Origin: an uncultured Planctomycetales bacterium
GTDB lineage: Bacteria > Omnitrophota > Gorgyraeia > Gygaellales > Profunditerraquicolaceae
Assembly: GCA_964603585.1 (NCBI GenBank)
Contig: CAZRVK010000001.1
Location: 271,856 to 335,855, forward strand
Reading direction: 5' to 3'
DNA: 64,000 nt
The notes below the pieces were generated by a model. That model was not told where the DNA came from. It saw only the letters and a program-made list of their open reading frames with translations, and did no database searches. Shown in pieces: positions 40,022 through 49,434 of the stretch. Numbering within the stretch: the first letter of the stretch is position 1; the number at the start of each line of letters is the position of its first letter. The translations under genes and the position numbers were made by a program.

Positions 40022-40150
40022 CACAGAAAGTGGAACACCCGGCCATCCGATAAGCCGGGGTGTGAACACAGAAAGTGGAACACCCGGCCATCCGATAAGC
40101 CGGGGTGTGAACACAGAAAGTGGAACACCCGGCCATCCGATAAGCCAGTT
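40022..40150. repeat. Tandem direct repeat, 45-bp unit in ~2.8 copies. Each unit carries a GC-rich inverted repeat (ACACCCGGC..GCCGGGGTGT)
   Basis: Seen in sequence: cacagaaagtggaacacccggccatccgataagccggggtgtgaa repeated at 40022, 40067 and 40112. Contiguous with no spacers. Immediately upstream of the REC-OPRTase RBS. Confidence 0.85.
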
Positions 40151-40240
40151 AACACCTCTTCAAGACTATATCAGAATTTTACCACTAAAAAGATACACAG
40201 GCAATACTTTATGATTGTTTCGTTGTCATGCACACATGAT

Positions 40241-40294
40241 CTTGTAGGGGATGGTCGAGATCATCCCTAATGTTGGGGCGGTCCCGACCGCCCC
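40241..40294. repeat. Second copy of the cttgtaGGGGATGGTC..GA.CATCCC motif, followed by a perfect 20-bp palindrome GGGGCGGTCccGACCGCCCC
   Basis: Seen in sequence in the divergent intergenic region between the REC-OPRTase and comF genes. Confidence 0.7.
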
Positions 40295-40339
40295 CTACCA
40301 AAATATAATTAATGACCGCTATTTTTATTATGATTAATT

Positions 40340-40368
40340 TTGACAAAATATAGTTTAGTTGTTATTAT
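40340..40368 (+). promoter_or_regulatory. Consensus sigma70 promoter TTGACA-17-TATTAT, 7 nt upstream of the comF ATG (leaderless arrangement)
   Basis: Seen in sequence. The listed ORF's TTG start is the -35 box. Confidence 0.55.
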
Positions 40369-40375
40369 ATGGGGT

Positions 40376-41125
40376 ATGTTAGGCGGCCTGATTAAGGGCT
40401 TGATAGAGATAATCTATCCTAAAAATTGCATTATATGCAAAAACAGCGTAAAAACCAAAGCAGGGATAGATGATTTTATCTGCCTCAAATGCTGGGGAAA
40501 AATAAAAAAGAATCTCCCCCCATTTTGCCTTTGCTGCGGGAGACATTTAGAAAAAAACAACCCCGCAAAGAATATCTGTCCTGCTTGCATCAAAACACCG
40601 TTACATTTTGACCGGGCCTTCAGCCCCTGTATTTACGAAGAAATTATACGTAACCTGATCCATGAATTTAAATACTTTGGCCGTGATTACCTGGGAAAAA
40701 CCTTAAGCAAAATAATGATCGAATTTATCCGTGAATATGATCTGCCGATGCAATATATCGATACCGTCATCCCTATTCCCTTGCACAAAACAAAACTAAG
40801 AGAAAGGGAATTCAACCAGGCACAAGTCTTAAGTGGAAATATCGCCCGGGAATTCGACAAAAAACATTTACTTAATGCCTTAAAACGCTGCCGACCGACA
40901 CAACGCCAAGCAGAACTAAAAAACAGCCGCCGTTTCGAAAACATCAATAATAGTTTTTCTTTTGACCCGAGACATTCAGTACAAGGAGAAAACGTCCTGT
41001 TAGTAGACGATATTTTAACTACCGGCGCGACCGCATCAGAAGCTGCGCGAATATTAAAAAATGCCGGGGCCAATATAGTATTTGTCATGACATTGGCAAG
41101 AACCGACCTAAAACACCTGACATGA
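40376..41125 (+). CDS. comF: ComF family protein (ComFC-like, double zinc ribbon plus phosphoribosyltransferase fold)
   Basis: N-terminal Cys pairs (YPKNCIICKN..CLKCW..CLCCG..CPAC) and a PRT motif (VLLVDDILTTGATA). Confidence 0.75.
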   Translation: MLGGLIKGLIEIIYPKNCIICKNSVKTKAGIDDFICLKCWGKIKKNLPPFCLCCGRHLEKNNPAKNICPACIKTPLHFDRAFSPCIYEEIIRNLIHEFKYFGRDYLGKTLSKIMIEFIREYDLPMQYIDTVIPIPLHKTKLREREFNQAQVLSGNIAREFDKKHLLNALKRCRPTQRQAELKNSRRFENINNSFSFDPRHSVQGENVLLVDDILTTGATASEAARILKNAGANIVFVMTLARTDLKHLT

Positions 41126-42216
41126 AGATCTTAAGGAACTACTTTCTAAAAGAATTCATAACCCCCTTATTCTTGACCTTTGGGGTCTTGACATTCATTA
41201 TGCTGCTCGGGAACCTGATCAAGATCACCGACCTTATTATTAATAAGGGAGTGGATATCATAAGCGTATCAAAACTCTTGATATTTATGCTCCCTTTTCT
41301 GCTTACCTACACCCTGCCAATATCTGCTTTAACCGCATCATTGTTATCCTTGGGCAGATTATCCAGCGACAATGAAATCGTTGCTATCCGCGCCAGCGGG
41401 ATAAACATTTTTCGTTTAATTCTTCCCCAGCTGGTGATCGGATTGATCTTAAGCCTGTTTTTAGTGATCTTTAATGACCAGATCGTCCCTTATGCCCTTT
41501 TTTCATCCCGAAAGACCCTGATGGAAATCGGAGTAAAAAACCCCACGGCCGCGCTTGAACCTGGGGTATTCATTAACTCGTTCCAAAAATACATACTGTT
41601 CATTTATCGCATTGAAGAAAATAAACTTATAAATATCCGTATCTATGAGCCGCAAGAAGGCAAACCCACCCGCACCATAGTAGCTAAAAGAGGGGAATTC
41701 ATCGCCATCCCGGAGAAAAGCACTATCAAGCTCAAATTAATAGACGGCACATCTGATGAACCAGACCCAGATAACCCGACGAATTTCTACAAACTTAATT
41801 TCAAAACTTATTTTATGAGCCTGAACCTAGCCCAAGCGCAGAAAAAAGGCGAGATCCGTAAAAAGCCAAAAGATATGACGATCTTGGAATTAAGGCAAGA
41901 GGCCTCCCGGCTAAGCAAGGAAAATATCGACCCCACTCCCCTTGTAACGGAAATCAATGAAAAGATCGCCCTGGCTTTTTCCTGTTTCTTTTTTATCCTT
42001 GTAGGCTCATCGCTGGCGATCATTACCCGACGAAGAGAGAAATCCATCAATTTCGGGATCGCCTTTTTGATCGTAGGATTTTATTACCTCCTGCTGATCG
42101 GAGCCGAAACATTAGCCCTGCAAGGCTATATGGATCCCACCATTGCCTTGTGGCTGCCCAATATCATACTTGGGATAACCGGATCTATTTTAACGTATAA
42201 ACTATGCGTATCTTAG
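41122..42216 (+). CDS. lptF: LptF/LptG-family lipopolysaccharide export permease (YjgP/YjgQ)
   Basis: 364 aa with 6 TM segments and a periplasmic beta-jellyroll insert. Paired with a paralog downstream. Confidence 0.75.
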   Translation: MKILRNYFLKEFITPLFLTFGVLTFIMLLGNLIKITDLIINKGVDIISVSKLLIFMLPFLLTYTLPISALTASLLSLGRLSSDNEIVAIRASGINIFRLILPQLVIGLILSLFLVIFNDQIVPYALFSSRKTLMEIGVKNPTAALEPGVFINSFQKYILFIYRIEENKLINIRIYEPQEGKPTRTIVAKRGEFIAIPEKSTIKLKLIDGTSDEPDPDNPTNFYKLNFKTYFMSLNLAQAQKKGEIRKKPKDMTILELRQEASRLSKENIDPTPLVTEINEKIALAFSCFFFILVGSSLAIITRRREKSINFGIAFLIVGFYYLLLIGAETLALQGYMDPTIALWLPNIILGITGSILTYKLCVS

Positions 42217-43301
42217 ACCGTTATATATTTAAATCCGTGTTAAATGTCTTCCTTACATGCCTGGCCGTATTTCTGGCCCTTTATATTATAATTGACATCT
42301 TATCCCGCCTTGAGGATATACTAAAACTCAAAGTCAGCTGGGATATCCTGGTCAATTTTTATTTATCTTATCTGCCCACGATCATCGTGCAAGTCTCCCC
42401 TTTTGCGGGACTTTTAAGCACACTTTATACCTTTGGCACACTTAACCGTGACAATGAAATCATCGCTATGCGCGCTTCAGGGCTAAGCGTACTGCAAATC
42501 ACTAAAACAGTGATCATTTTTGGAACAATCTCCAGTCTGATCGTATTCTGGATGACAGATAAAATAGTCCCTAAAGCCCTTTTAGCAAACCAAAAATACA
42601 AGGTACAAATGGAAATAAACCTGAATAAACCCAAGGACGAAATCCATACCTTAACCAACCTTTCGATGTACGGATTAGGCAACCGCCTTTTTTTCGTCAC
42701 TAAATTCCTGCCCGCAACCAGCACCATGGAAGGAATAACCATCCTTGAACATGACCATAACCAGAATATTACCCAAAAAATAGTAGCCAATAAAGGGATA
42801 TTCAAAAATGGGGTATGGATCTTCTATCAATGCATCACTTATGATTTCGATCCCAACGGACAGATGAGGAAAGAACCTCAATATGAAGAAGAGGCAGTCA
42901 TGGCGATCCCGGAATCACCGCGTGATTTCCTGAATCAGAAACAAAGCCCGGACCTCATGACCATTACTCAACTGGATGACTATATCTGGAGATTATCTAA
43001 AAGCGGGGCAATTGGAATAACAAAAAATCTCAAAGTTGACTTTTACCAAAGGTTCACTGCGCCTTTGACGAACATAGTGATCATACTTCTGGGTATCCCT
43101 TTTGCATTCTTAATGCGTAAAAGAGCGACCGGGATGTCAGCCTTAGGGCTGTCGATTTTTGTCGGTTTCCTTTATTATGTCCTCACTGCCGTAAGCATCG
43201 CGCTTGGAAAAAGCGGCACTATTGCTCCGATACTTGCCGCCTCTTTAAGCCATATTGCCGCTTTTTCTACCAGCCTATACCTGATCTCAAAGCTGCCTTA
43301 A
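42204..43301 (+). CDS. lptG: LptF/LptG-family lipopolysaccharide export permease
   Basis: 365 aa paralog of the upstream gene. The reading frames overlap. Confidence 0.75.
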   Translation: MRILDRYIFKSVLNVFLTCLAVFLALYIIIDILSRLEDILKLKVSWDILVNFYLSYLPTIIVQVSPFAGLLSTLYTFGTLNRDNEIIAMRASGLSVLQITKTVIIFGTISSLIVFWMTDKIVPKALLANQKYKVQMEINLNKPKDEIHTLTNLSMYGLGNRLFFVTKFLPATSTMEGITILEHDHNQNITQKIVANKGIFKNGVWIFYQCITYDFDPNGQMRKEPQYEEEAVMAIPESPRDFLNQKQSPDLMTITQLDDYIWRLSKSGAIGITKNLKVDFYQRFTAPLTNIVIILLGIPFAFLMRKRATGMSALGLSIFVGFLYYVLTAVSIALGKSGTIAPILAASLSHIAAFSTSLYLISKLP

Positions 43302-43312
43302 ACCAGCAATAA

Positions 43313-44443
43313 CTACACATATACACGCGGGATACGGGAACCCAGTCCACAGACAATTTCATAAGGAATAGTGGTTGAAAGAGATGCCAGCTCTTCGGTA
43401 GAGATCCTGCTTTTACCCTGGGATCCGATTAAAACCACCTCATCACCGATACTGGCCTTAAAATTACCGATATCTACCATGATTTGGTCCATACAAATCT
43501 TGCCGGCTATCTTAAAACGCCTGCCACGGATTAAAACCGGGCCGATGTTAGATAAGATCCTGGGATATCCATCTCCATAACCAATAGGCAAAGTCACGAT
43601 TGTTGCAGGAGATTTAGTCACATAATCATGGCCATAACTTATGCCATAACCGGCAGGGACCCGTTTGACATAAATAACCCTGGTCTTTAGACTTAAAACC
43701 GGCTTTAAGTTTATTTTTAAATTCTCTTTAGGATAAAGGCCGTAGATCACCAGCCCGGGCCTGACCATATTCAAATGGCTGTTCTTATAATCGATAACCC
43801 CCATACTATTGGCGGCATGCACCAGGGGGATATTTATTCCTGATTTCGTTAATTTTGAAAGCAGGAGATTAAAAAGATCGATCTGATACGAAGTAAACTC
43901 TTTGTTCATATCGGCAAAAGGGAAATGCGTAAAAACTCCTTCTACAAAGAGATGTTTCATCTTATGGATATTTAAAATCAATTTCAAAGCATCCTGGTGC
44001 AAAACTCCGATCCTGCCCATACCGGTATCTACCTCAATATGCACATTCAACTTCCTGCGCTTATTCCGGGCAAAGGCATTTAACTCCTGCGCAAGCACAG
44101 TATCACAAACCGTGCAGGTAAGATTGAATTTAAAAACCGGGGCAATATCCTCTTTTAAAATCAACCCCAGGATTAGAATAGGCAGATTGATACCTGACTT
44201 ACGCAGTCTTATCCCTTCATCGATAGAGGCAACCCCTAAGAAATCCACCCCGCAATCTATCAGTTTTCTTGCAACCGGGATCAACCCATGGCCATAGGCA
44301 TCTGCTTTTACTGTGACCAAAATCCTGGTTTTCGGATGAAGCATGACCTTAAGTTGTTTGAAATTATGAGCAAGATTATTTAAATTAACCTCTGCCCATG
44401 TAGGACGGTAACCAATAGTCTTATTTGCGTTCCAATCCATCAT
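43313..44443 (-). CDS. alr: Alanine racemase
   Basis: PLP-lysine motif VTVKADAYGHG. Confidence 0.9.
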   Translation of the reverse strand: MMDWNANKTIGYRPTWAEVNLNNLAHNFKQLKVMLHPKTRILVTVKADAYGHGLIPVARKLIDCGVDFLGVASIDEGIRLRKSGINLPILILGLILKEDIAPVFKFNLTCTVCDTVLAQELNAFARNKRRKLNVHIEVDTGMGRIGVLHQDALKLILNIHKMKHLFVEGVFTHFPFADMNKEFTSYQIDLFNLLLSKLTKSGINIPLVHAANSMGVIDYKNSHLNMVRPGLVIYGLYPKENLKINLKPVLSLKTRVIYVKRVPAGYGISYGHDYVTKSPATIVTLPIGYGDGYPRILSNIGPVLIRGRRFKIAGKICMDQIMVDIGNFKASIGDEVVLIGSQGKSRISTEELASLSTTIPYEIVCGLGSRIPRVYV

Positions 44444-45126
44444 TTATCCAAACCTATATTTTTTACCTGGCAATCCTTGGGGTAAAGATAAATCGGTTTA
44501 ATGTCAAAGGTATCACCGATCTCCCGTTTTTTTATCTTTTCTAAGGCCAGAGAGATCAAATTCCGTGGTTTGGGATACCAATAATCGCGTTCCATTTCCA
44601 CCCGGAGTGAACTCTGTGTTCCAATTTGTTTGCCATACACTGCTAAGGCATCGCCCAGGATCAAGCTTCCAACAGGCACGCATTTTAAGAACCGCTGCAG
44701 ATCTATAAGCATATACGGTTTTATTCTCTTTAGATAACCAGATCTATATGAATAAATACCGCAATAGATCAAACTCCTTTTGGCATCAATCGCAGGTACT
44801 ATATAACGGCAAGAAAACCCGCCGCCAGAAGCAATTACATCCAAGGTTGATACTCCAACTACCGGTTTATCCATTGCCCAGGCTAACCCCTTAATCGTGC
44901 TTAACCCAACCCGGATCCCGGTAAAAGAACCTGGACCAAGGCCACAGGCAAAATAATCAATCTCCTCCAATCGCCAGCCTAATACGCAAAGCGCCCTTTT
45001 TATGGTCGGCAGTAAAAGAGCGGATTGACGCCTGCCCAAATCCAAGGTATACTCATAAACGTTTGATCCTGCATAAAGTCCGAGGCATAAAAACCGTGTA
45101 GTCGTATCTATTGCAAGTAGTTTCAT
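44440..45126 (-). CDS. tsaB: tRNA threonylcarbamoyladenosine biosynthesis protein TsaB (YeaZ)
   Basis: LAIDTTT start with an inactive Kae1-like fold. Confidence 0.85.
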   Translation of the reverse strand: MKLLAIDTTTRFLCLGLYAGSNVYEYTLDLGRRQSALLLPTIKRALCVLGWRLEEIDYFACGLGPGSFTGIRVGLSTIKGLAWAMDKPVVGVSTLDVIASGGGFSCRYIVPAIDAKRSLIYCGIYSYRSGYLKRIKPYMLIDLQRFLKCVPVGSLILGDALAVYGKQIGTQSSLRVEMERDYWYPKPRNLISLALEKIKKREIGDTFDIKPIYLYPKDCQVKNIGLDK

Positions 45127-45128
45127 AA

Positions 45129-45614
45129 CTAATGCCCTGTTTTATCCTGCGGCGATCGTATCTTATCAAATAATTCCAGGTAACGTCTGCCATAAGCACA
45201 AAATTCCAACTGGCGTGAATTCCGGCCTTTTACTGATAATTTTACCTCAAGGTATTCTTTTGGCAACAAACATTTTAATTTATCCGCCCATTCAATAATG
45301 CAAACCCCTCGTCCGTAAAAATACTCTTCACACCCTAAATCCGATATCTCCTTGATCGTTACCAAACGATACAGATCAAAATGATATACCTCCGGGCTTG
45401 CATCCATATACTGGTTAAGCAAAGTAAAAGTCGGGCTGATAACATCGTTTATATCAGCTCCTAAGGCGCTGGCGATACCCTTAGTTAAAGCGGTTTTCCC
45501 TGAACCAAGGTCTCCAGTCAAACAAATGATATCCCCGGGCTTAATCTTTCTGGCTAAGGCCCTGCCGATCTTTAATGTCTGGCTGTAAGAGGTAGAGGTT
45601 ATCTTCATTAACAT
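45129..45614 (-). CDS. tsaE: tRNA threonylcarbamoyladenosine biosynthesis ATPase TsaE (YjeE)
   Basis: Walker A GDLGSGKT, 161 aa. Confidence 0.85.
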   Translation of the reverse strand: MLMKITSTSYSQTLKIGRALARKIKPGDIICLTGDLGSGKTALTKGIASALGADINDVISPTFTLLNQYMDASPEVYHFDLYRLVTIKEISDLGCEEYFYGRGVCIIEWADKLKCLLPKEYLEVKLSVKGRNSRQLEFCAYGRRYLELFDKIRSPQDKTGH

Positions 45615-46510
45615 TAAAAGTGCTGAAAACCACGAAAACGATTTTGTTTACTTCTTCCCTTATCATCTATCAACTCAAAACCATAGTTCTTATCAACAAT
45701 CTCACCGATGGCCGTAAAATGAAACCTCTTATCTAAAACCAATGCACGCGCCTGCAAACGGTCTAAAGTAAAAAGTAGTTCGAAATCTTCCCCGGAACAG
45801 AGGGCATCCTTAAGATCTTTAGCTTCAGTACTCTTGGGGACCAACTGTTCATAAATTATTCCCCCTTTACCGCTTGCTTTTAAGATATGCCCAAAATCCT
45901 GCAGCAGACCATCCGAAATATCGATCATGGCATTAATTTTATAATTACGGACCAAGAACCTCGATTCCTTGATACGCGGTACAAAACTTAAATGTTTACC
46001 GTGGATCGCCCCACCCAGCATCCCGCTGACAAATACGATATCCCCTATGCGTGCATTACTGCGCAAAACCAGATTATTCTTTTCTACAATCCCCAGCATA
46101 CTCACATTTAAAGTTAGATATCGAGCAGAACTAATATCCCCCCCCACAATGCTTATTTTATGATCCCGGGCAAGATCATCAATACCTTTTACTATCCGGT
46201 CCACGCATTCTACAGAAAAATCTTTCGGCAAACCTACAGAGACTACCGCATATTTAGGCACCCCTCCTGAAGAGGCAATATCACTTACCGATACCGCTAA
46301 AGACTTGCGCCCCACCAGGTACATATCCGTATGCCTGGTAAAATCTACTCCTTCTACCAGCATATCAGCAGTAAACAACTGATAATGAGAACTATTCAGT
46401 TTCAATACCGCACAATCATCTCCCGGGCCGACTACTACTGAAGCATCCTGGGAAAATCTCTTTTTGATCCGCTCGATCAATCCAAACTCACCCAATTTAT
46501 TTATCCTCAT
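45614..46510 (-). CDS. thiL: Thiamine-monophosphate kinase
   Basis: GEFGLIERI start and an AIR-synthase-like fold. Confidence 0.85.
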   Translation of the reverse strand: MRINKLGEFGLIERIKKRFSQDASVVVGPGDDCAVLKLNSSHYQLFTADMLVEGVDFTRHTDMYLVGRKSLAVSVSDIASSGGVPKYAVVSVGLPKDFSVECVDRIVKGIDDLARDHKISIVGGDISSARYLTLNVSMLGIVEKNNLVLRSNARIGDIVFVSGMLGGAIHGKHLSFVPRIKESRFLVRNYKINAMIDISDGLLQDFGHILKASGKGGIIYEQLVPKSTEAKDLKDALCSGEDFELLFTLDRLQARALVLDKRFHFTAIGEIVDKNYGFELIDDKGRSKQNRFRGFQHF

Positions 46511-46521
46511 GACAAACTTCC

Positions 46522-47574
46522 TTATTTAATATTTTCTGACAATAGCTTGGAAATGTTCTTTCTAAAAGGAGGATAAACTATACCGTTCTCTGTAATTATT
46601 GCCGCAATCAATCCGCCGGGCGTAATATCAAAAGCCGGGTTAAAAACCTTTATATCTGGAACCGATATCGGCTGTTTAAAAAACATCCCAGTCACTTCGA
46701 AAGAATCGCGTTTTTCAATCATGATCTTGGAGCCGTCTTTTAGGCTTAAATCAAATGTTGATTTAGGCGCCGCCACATAAAAAGGTATTTTATGATGCCG
46801 GCATAAGACCGCTAAATTATAAGTCCCCACTTTATTGGCAGTATCGCCGTTTGCGGCTATCCGGTCTGCTCCAACAATCACCCGGGTAATCATGCCTTGC
46901 CGCATTAAAATTGCCGCCATATTATCACAAATAAGAGTTACATCCACATTCTTCTTCTTGAGCTCCCAGCAGGTAAGCCGTGCCCCCTGGAACAACGGCC
47001 TGGTTTCACAGGCATAAACTCTGACCTTTTTGCCTTTCTCATAGGCTTTATAGATAACGCCTAAGGCAGTCCCATAATCGATCGTTGCCAGTATCCCGGC
47101 ATTACAAACCGTAAGGACAATATCATCCTTACTAAGGAGACTGGCACCATAATCACCTATTCTCCTGCAGGCGATTTTATCCTCATTGATCACCTTTTTC
47201 GCTTCGCGAAAAAGCCTGGCTTTAAGAAAAGCCACAGAACCGCCTTTATAATCCGAAACCGACTTTAACATCCTTTCCAGTCCCCAAAAAAGATTCCGTG
47301 CCGTAGGACGGGCAGTTGCCAAATAATCTGCAGCAGAATAAACTTCTTTCTTTAGGACGTTTATATCTTCGGCTCTGGATCTTTCTATCCCCAGATAAAC
47401 CCCAAGGGCAGCCGCAGCCCCCAAGGCTGGAGCCCCGCGCACCTGCAAAGACCTTATTGCCTTCCACACTGACTTTAGGTCCCTAAGGTATAGATATTTC
47501 AATCGAGACGGCAATCCGGTCTGGTCAATGATCTTGATCGAATGACCAGCCCATTCAATGGTAGTTAAAGACAT
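46522..47574 (-). CDS. mtnA: eIF-2B alpha/beta/delta family isomerase: S-methyl-5-thioribose-1-phosphate isomerase (MtnA), or its ribose-1,5-bisphosphate isomerase paralogue
   Basis: IEWAGHSIKIIDQTGLP..VRGAPALGAAAALG and CETRPLFQGARLTCWEL signatures. Confidence 0.7.
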   Translation of the reverse strand: MSLTTIEWAGHSIKIIDQTGLPSRLKYLYLRDLKSVWKAIRSLQVRGAPALGAAAALGVYLGIERSRAEDINVLKKEVYSAADYLATARPTARNLFWGLERMLKSVSDYKGGSVAFLKARLFREAKKVINEDKIACRRIGDYGASLLSKDDIVLTVCNAGILATIDYGTALGVIYKAYEKGKKVRVYACETRPLFQGARLTCWELKKKNVDVTLICDNMAAILMRQGMITRVIVGADRIAANGDTANKVGTYNLAVLCRHHKIPFYVAAPKSTFDLSLKDGSKIMIEKRDSFEVTGMFFKQPISVPDIKVFNPAFDITPGGLIAAIITENGIVYPPFRKNISKLLSENIK

Positions 47575-47577
47575 ATT

Positions 47578-48195
47578 TCATTTTCCTCCATAAATAATCG
47601 AATATCTTTGGACCTGCTTAATCCTTTTTCGGATTAGCACTCTTATTCCAGGGGATAACCCTGGTTTAAGCAGTTTCAGGACCTTATGGTAAGCCGCTAA
47701 AGATCCTTTGTAATCCCCGAGATTAAATAAAGCATCCGCCAGATTATCATAGGTTACTGCCCGGTCAGGGGAAAGCTCGAGAGCTTTGTTAAAACATGAA
47801 ACCGCTTCTGTATATCTGCCGATATTATTCAATAACCACCCCTTATTATGATAGATCGTATCATAATCCGGCTCAACCGCGATCCCTTTATTGAAACATT
47901 TCAAAGCCTCGTCAATAAGCCCCAATTCAACCATACACAACGCCCGGTCATTATAAGCACCCCCATCATGAGGATTATATTTTATCGCCGCATCAAAATG
48001 CTCGATCGCCGCAGTAAAATTATCCTTTAATAATTCAAGTTGTCCAGAAAAATACTCGGTCTCCCCGCAAAGACATTTTTCCCTTGCCAAAGCCAGCGCC
48101 TCTTTTGCCACCTTAACTGCCCGGGTATGCGTGCCATAAGTGATCGCTTCATCCAGTTTAGCTCTAAAATCCGGCATATCTGTATATTTACTCAT
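47578..48195 (-). CDS. Tetratricopeptide-repeat protein
   Basis: Five or more TPR units (AIKYNPHDGGAYNDRA..; AIAVEPDYDTIYHNKG..). Confidence 0.7.
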   Translation of the reverse strand: MSKYTDMPDFRAKLDEAITYGTHTRAVKVAKEALALAREKCLCGETEYFSGQLELLKDNFTAAIEHFDAAIKYNPHDGGAYNDRALCMVELGLIDEALKCFNKGIAVEPDYDTIYHNKGWLLNNIGRYTEAVSCFNKALELSPDRAVTYDNLADALFNLGDYKGSLAAYHKVLKLLKPGLSPGIRVLIRKRIKQVQRYSIIYGGK

Positions 48196-48241
48196 TGATT
48201 ATACGACAAAGGATATTATACCATCCCCTGCCAGATTATGG

Positions 48242-49423
48242 TCATAGCCCGATCATTTTTGCAACAAAGCTTTTTTTCATACTGATCGCGTTAGCCGGGC
48301 ATGTCTCCTGGCAACAAAAACAGGCAATGCATTTAGAATAATCAAAACGGATTTGATCCGTCTTCATCCAAATTGCCTTTCCCGGGCAAGCCTTTATACA
48401 AGTAGAGCATTTGATACATTTATCATTTTCCACACAAGGATAGTATTTAATCAGCCTTTTTGCCAGCTCAATGACCGCTGGAGGCAACGACTTTTTTAAC
48501 AAGGATGTAGTCGGCAGGAGAAAAGGCCTGCCAGCCACTTCAGATATCTTTTCCCCCAGGACGGATACGTTATCCATATCCTTATCCATCAAGCCGCGGG
48601 ATACCGCCTCTTTAATAGTCCCCACATCAGAAGGGTTAACCCCCATCAACAAAGCTAAAACACTATCTACCGCCACACAATCATCCCCGGAGATTACCAA
48701 TCCCGTCTGTCGAGGAGTCCCGCTGGTCCCCGGACCATCACCTTCCATAGCAATGATTCCATCGACCACTGTAAGAGCAGGCCTTGCCTCCTGGTAAATA
48801 TCCACCAATACCCGGGAAAAATCAAAGGTCTGAAAATTATCCTTATGTATTTCGGTCTTATATGTCCCGCTGACCAAACCAAAAAGGTTCTTTACTGCCC
48901 CCGTCAAAAGAGTAAGTCCATGAGTCTTGAATTTAGGGATGTTCACGAAACAATCGCAATCATCCAGCCAAACAGTCAAAGGGAACTTTTTTCTCCAACG
49001 CCTTTTATCAAAATCGACTAAACTAACGCCTTCCTCCTGGCAAACTTTCTTCAATCCCGAACAACGATAAATCTCATCGAGATTCTCGATCTGTTTACCC
49101 CAAACACTTGGAGCATCCCCTAGGATCAAGTCACACTTGATCTCTTTTAACAATCTTATTACCGCACGTACTACCTCTGGATGGGTAGTCACAGCACTCT
49201 CAATAGAAGAAGCCATTAACAAATTTGGCTTAACCAACACCCGGCTGCCTGGCCTGATAAAACTGGTTATACCTCCCAATAGATCAACCGAATGTTTAAC
49301 TGCCGCAAAAACCAAATCCGCCTGATAATCAACGCATTTAACTACCGAAACCTTTGTATCTTTGGACTTACCCATAACCGAATACACCCCGCCACTTTGA
49401 TAACCCATATAGCCATACAACAT
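48242..49423 (-). CDS. DUF362-domain protein with a C-terminal 2x[4Fe-4S] ferredoxin domain
   Basis: DUF362 N-domain (VLVKPNLL..THPEVV) plus two CxxCxxCxxxCP clusters. Confidence 0.6.
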   Translation of the reverse strand: MLYGYMGYQSGGVYSVMGKSKDTKVSVVKCVDYQADLVFAAVKHSVDLLGGITSFIRPGSRVLVKPNLLMASSIESAVTTHPEVVRAVIRLLKEIKCDLILGDAPSVWGKQIENLDEIYRCSGLKKVCQEEGVSLVDFDKRRWRKKFPLTVWLDDCDCFVNIPKFKTHGLTLLTGAVKNLFGLVSGTYKTEIHKDNFQTFDFSRVLVDIYQEARPALTVVDGIIAMEGDGPGTSGTPRQTGLVISGDDCVAVDSVLALLMGVNPSDVGTIKEAVSRGLMDKDMDNVSVLGEKISEVAGRPFLLPTTSLLKKSLPPAVIELAKRLIKYYPCVENDKCIKCSTCIKACPGKAIWMKTDQIRFDYSKCIACFCCQETCPANAISMKKSFVAKMIGL

Positions 49424-49434
49424 CCCGGGTCCTA

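Noticed and set aside
40022-40150. Possible CRISPR array
   Set aside because: The repeat units are directly contiguous with no spacers, and there are only ~2.8 copies. No cas genes are in the window.
39761-40270. Plus-strand ORFs (169 aa and 71 aa at 39999..40214) with internally repeated peptide sequence, and the 49-codon N-terminal extension of ORF 39067..40155
   Set aside because: The peptide repeats are just translation of the 45-bp DNA tandem repeat. The real gene on the opposite strand starts at the RBS-preceded ATG at 40008. The plus-strand ORFs lack plausible starts or RBS and run antisense to the REC-OPRTase.
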